64,000 bases of DNA, from the NCBI GenBank assembly GCA_044892525.1, contig CM097885.1, positions 29,266,001 to 29,330,000 of the forward strand, read 5' to 3'. Source of the DNA: Schmidtea polychroa. Taxonomy: Eukaryota. Made by a program: the position numbers and the translations under genes. This document shows, one piece after another, positions 63,126 through 64,000 of this stretch; position 1 is the first letter of the stretch, and each line of letters opens with the position of its first letter. The notes beneath the pieces were generated by a model. The model had not been told where the DNA came from. It did not search any database and saw only the letters and a list, made by a program, of their open reading frames with translations.

Positions 63126-64000
63126 TCTGCTTTACCACTTTTCGTTAGTTTTGTCTTGCCAATCTTGAAGTAAGCATTTTATATTTTCTTTTTCTTTTTC
63201 ATATATTTTTTTTTGAATTTTAGTAACGCCATCCCTCAATTACTATGGACGTAAGTGATTACTTATCTTTTGTTATTTTTTGTATTTGTGATTCTTTTTA
63301 CCATGCTGTCCTCAACTACCCTCATAGTAACCGAACACTTGCAATCGCTGTCGAGGGTAGCCAAACCCCGGTGATTGCAAGTGCTCGTGTTGCTTATTAA
63401 ATTAACTTATTGATGCTTATTAAATTAACTTATTTACTTTTTAATTTTAATTCGTTAATTTGTTTATGCAACTACCTACCCTCATGTTTTGGGTCATATA
63501 TTTTTGATTTTTGATTTTGTATTTATACTAAAAGCAAACCTCTAATTACAGCTACTCGTATTTTTCTGACAATTTTAGCCGTATTTATACTTATTAATTT
63601 ATTACGTAATTCTTAAAATCAATTACTTCCCTGCACTAACTATTTGTCGAGGGCGCCATGGTACGGAGTTTTACCTAGTATTTATTTCATTTTTCTTTTC
63701 AACCCTTACTATTTTAGGCTGTCCCAGAACCTAAGTTTGAGCATCTCGATGTTATGCAATGGTTATTTGACTGCCATACTAACAGGATTTTTAATTTCTT
63801 TTTCAGGGTCCCTTTGCCACCGCGTCGAAAGGGATTGAAACGTACCTTTGCCTGTGTGGATACAGGCAGTAGGTTTGAAAGACGCCCGCCTTGCAATGTA
63901 CGCAGGGAATGGGACTGTGGCATCCAAAGTCCCGTTCTGTTGGACTCTGATGACGAATAAAACTTTGAATAAATGTTCAGCTTACCTTTGTTTTTAATTT

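Overview
AT-rich eukaryotic genomic DNA with spliceosomal introns and very high transposon content; the taxon cannot be fixed from sequence (an AT-rich invertebrate such as a planarian is plausible). One intact host gene is present: TCP1/CCT1 (chaperonin alpha subunit), minus strand, 5 exons from 53716 to 23415, 548 aa. Its 20.3-kb last intron holds the main find: a 17,102-bp element (25495-42596) that is almost entirely one palindrome, with ~8-kb near-identical arms built from modular tandem repeats, a ~0.7-kb spacer and no recognisable genes. It has AGTAGG...CCTACT termini and a perfect 6-bp target-site duplication (CTTAAC), which are Polinton/Maverick-type integration hallmarks on a foldback-like body. 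The left quarter is a nested transposon stack: a ZMYM1-like hAT contains LTR-like segments, which contain a near-intact Buster hAT. That region also carries two repeated orphan protein families (ELEGTWFSP x3 and a second family x2). The right end has a decayed Gypsy element (4 zinc knuckles, tRNA-Leu PBS, -1 frameshift signal) cut by a second LTR, followed by a mosaic of host gene fragments (Rab3 joined to DPY19-like). All calls come from manual reading; no database searches were run.
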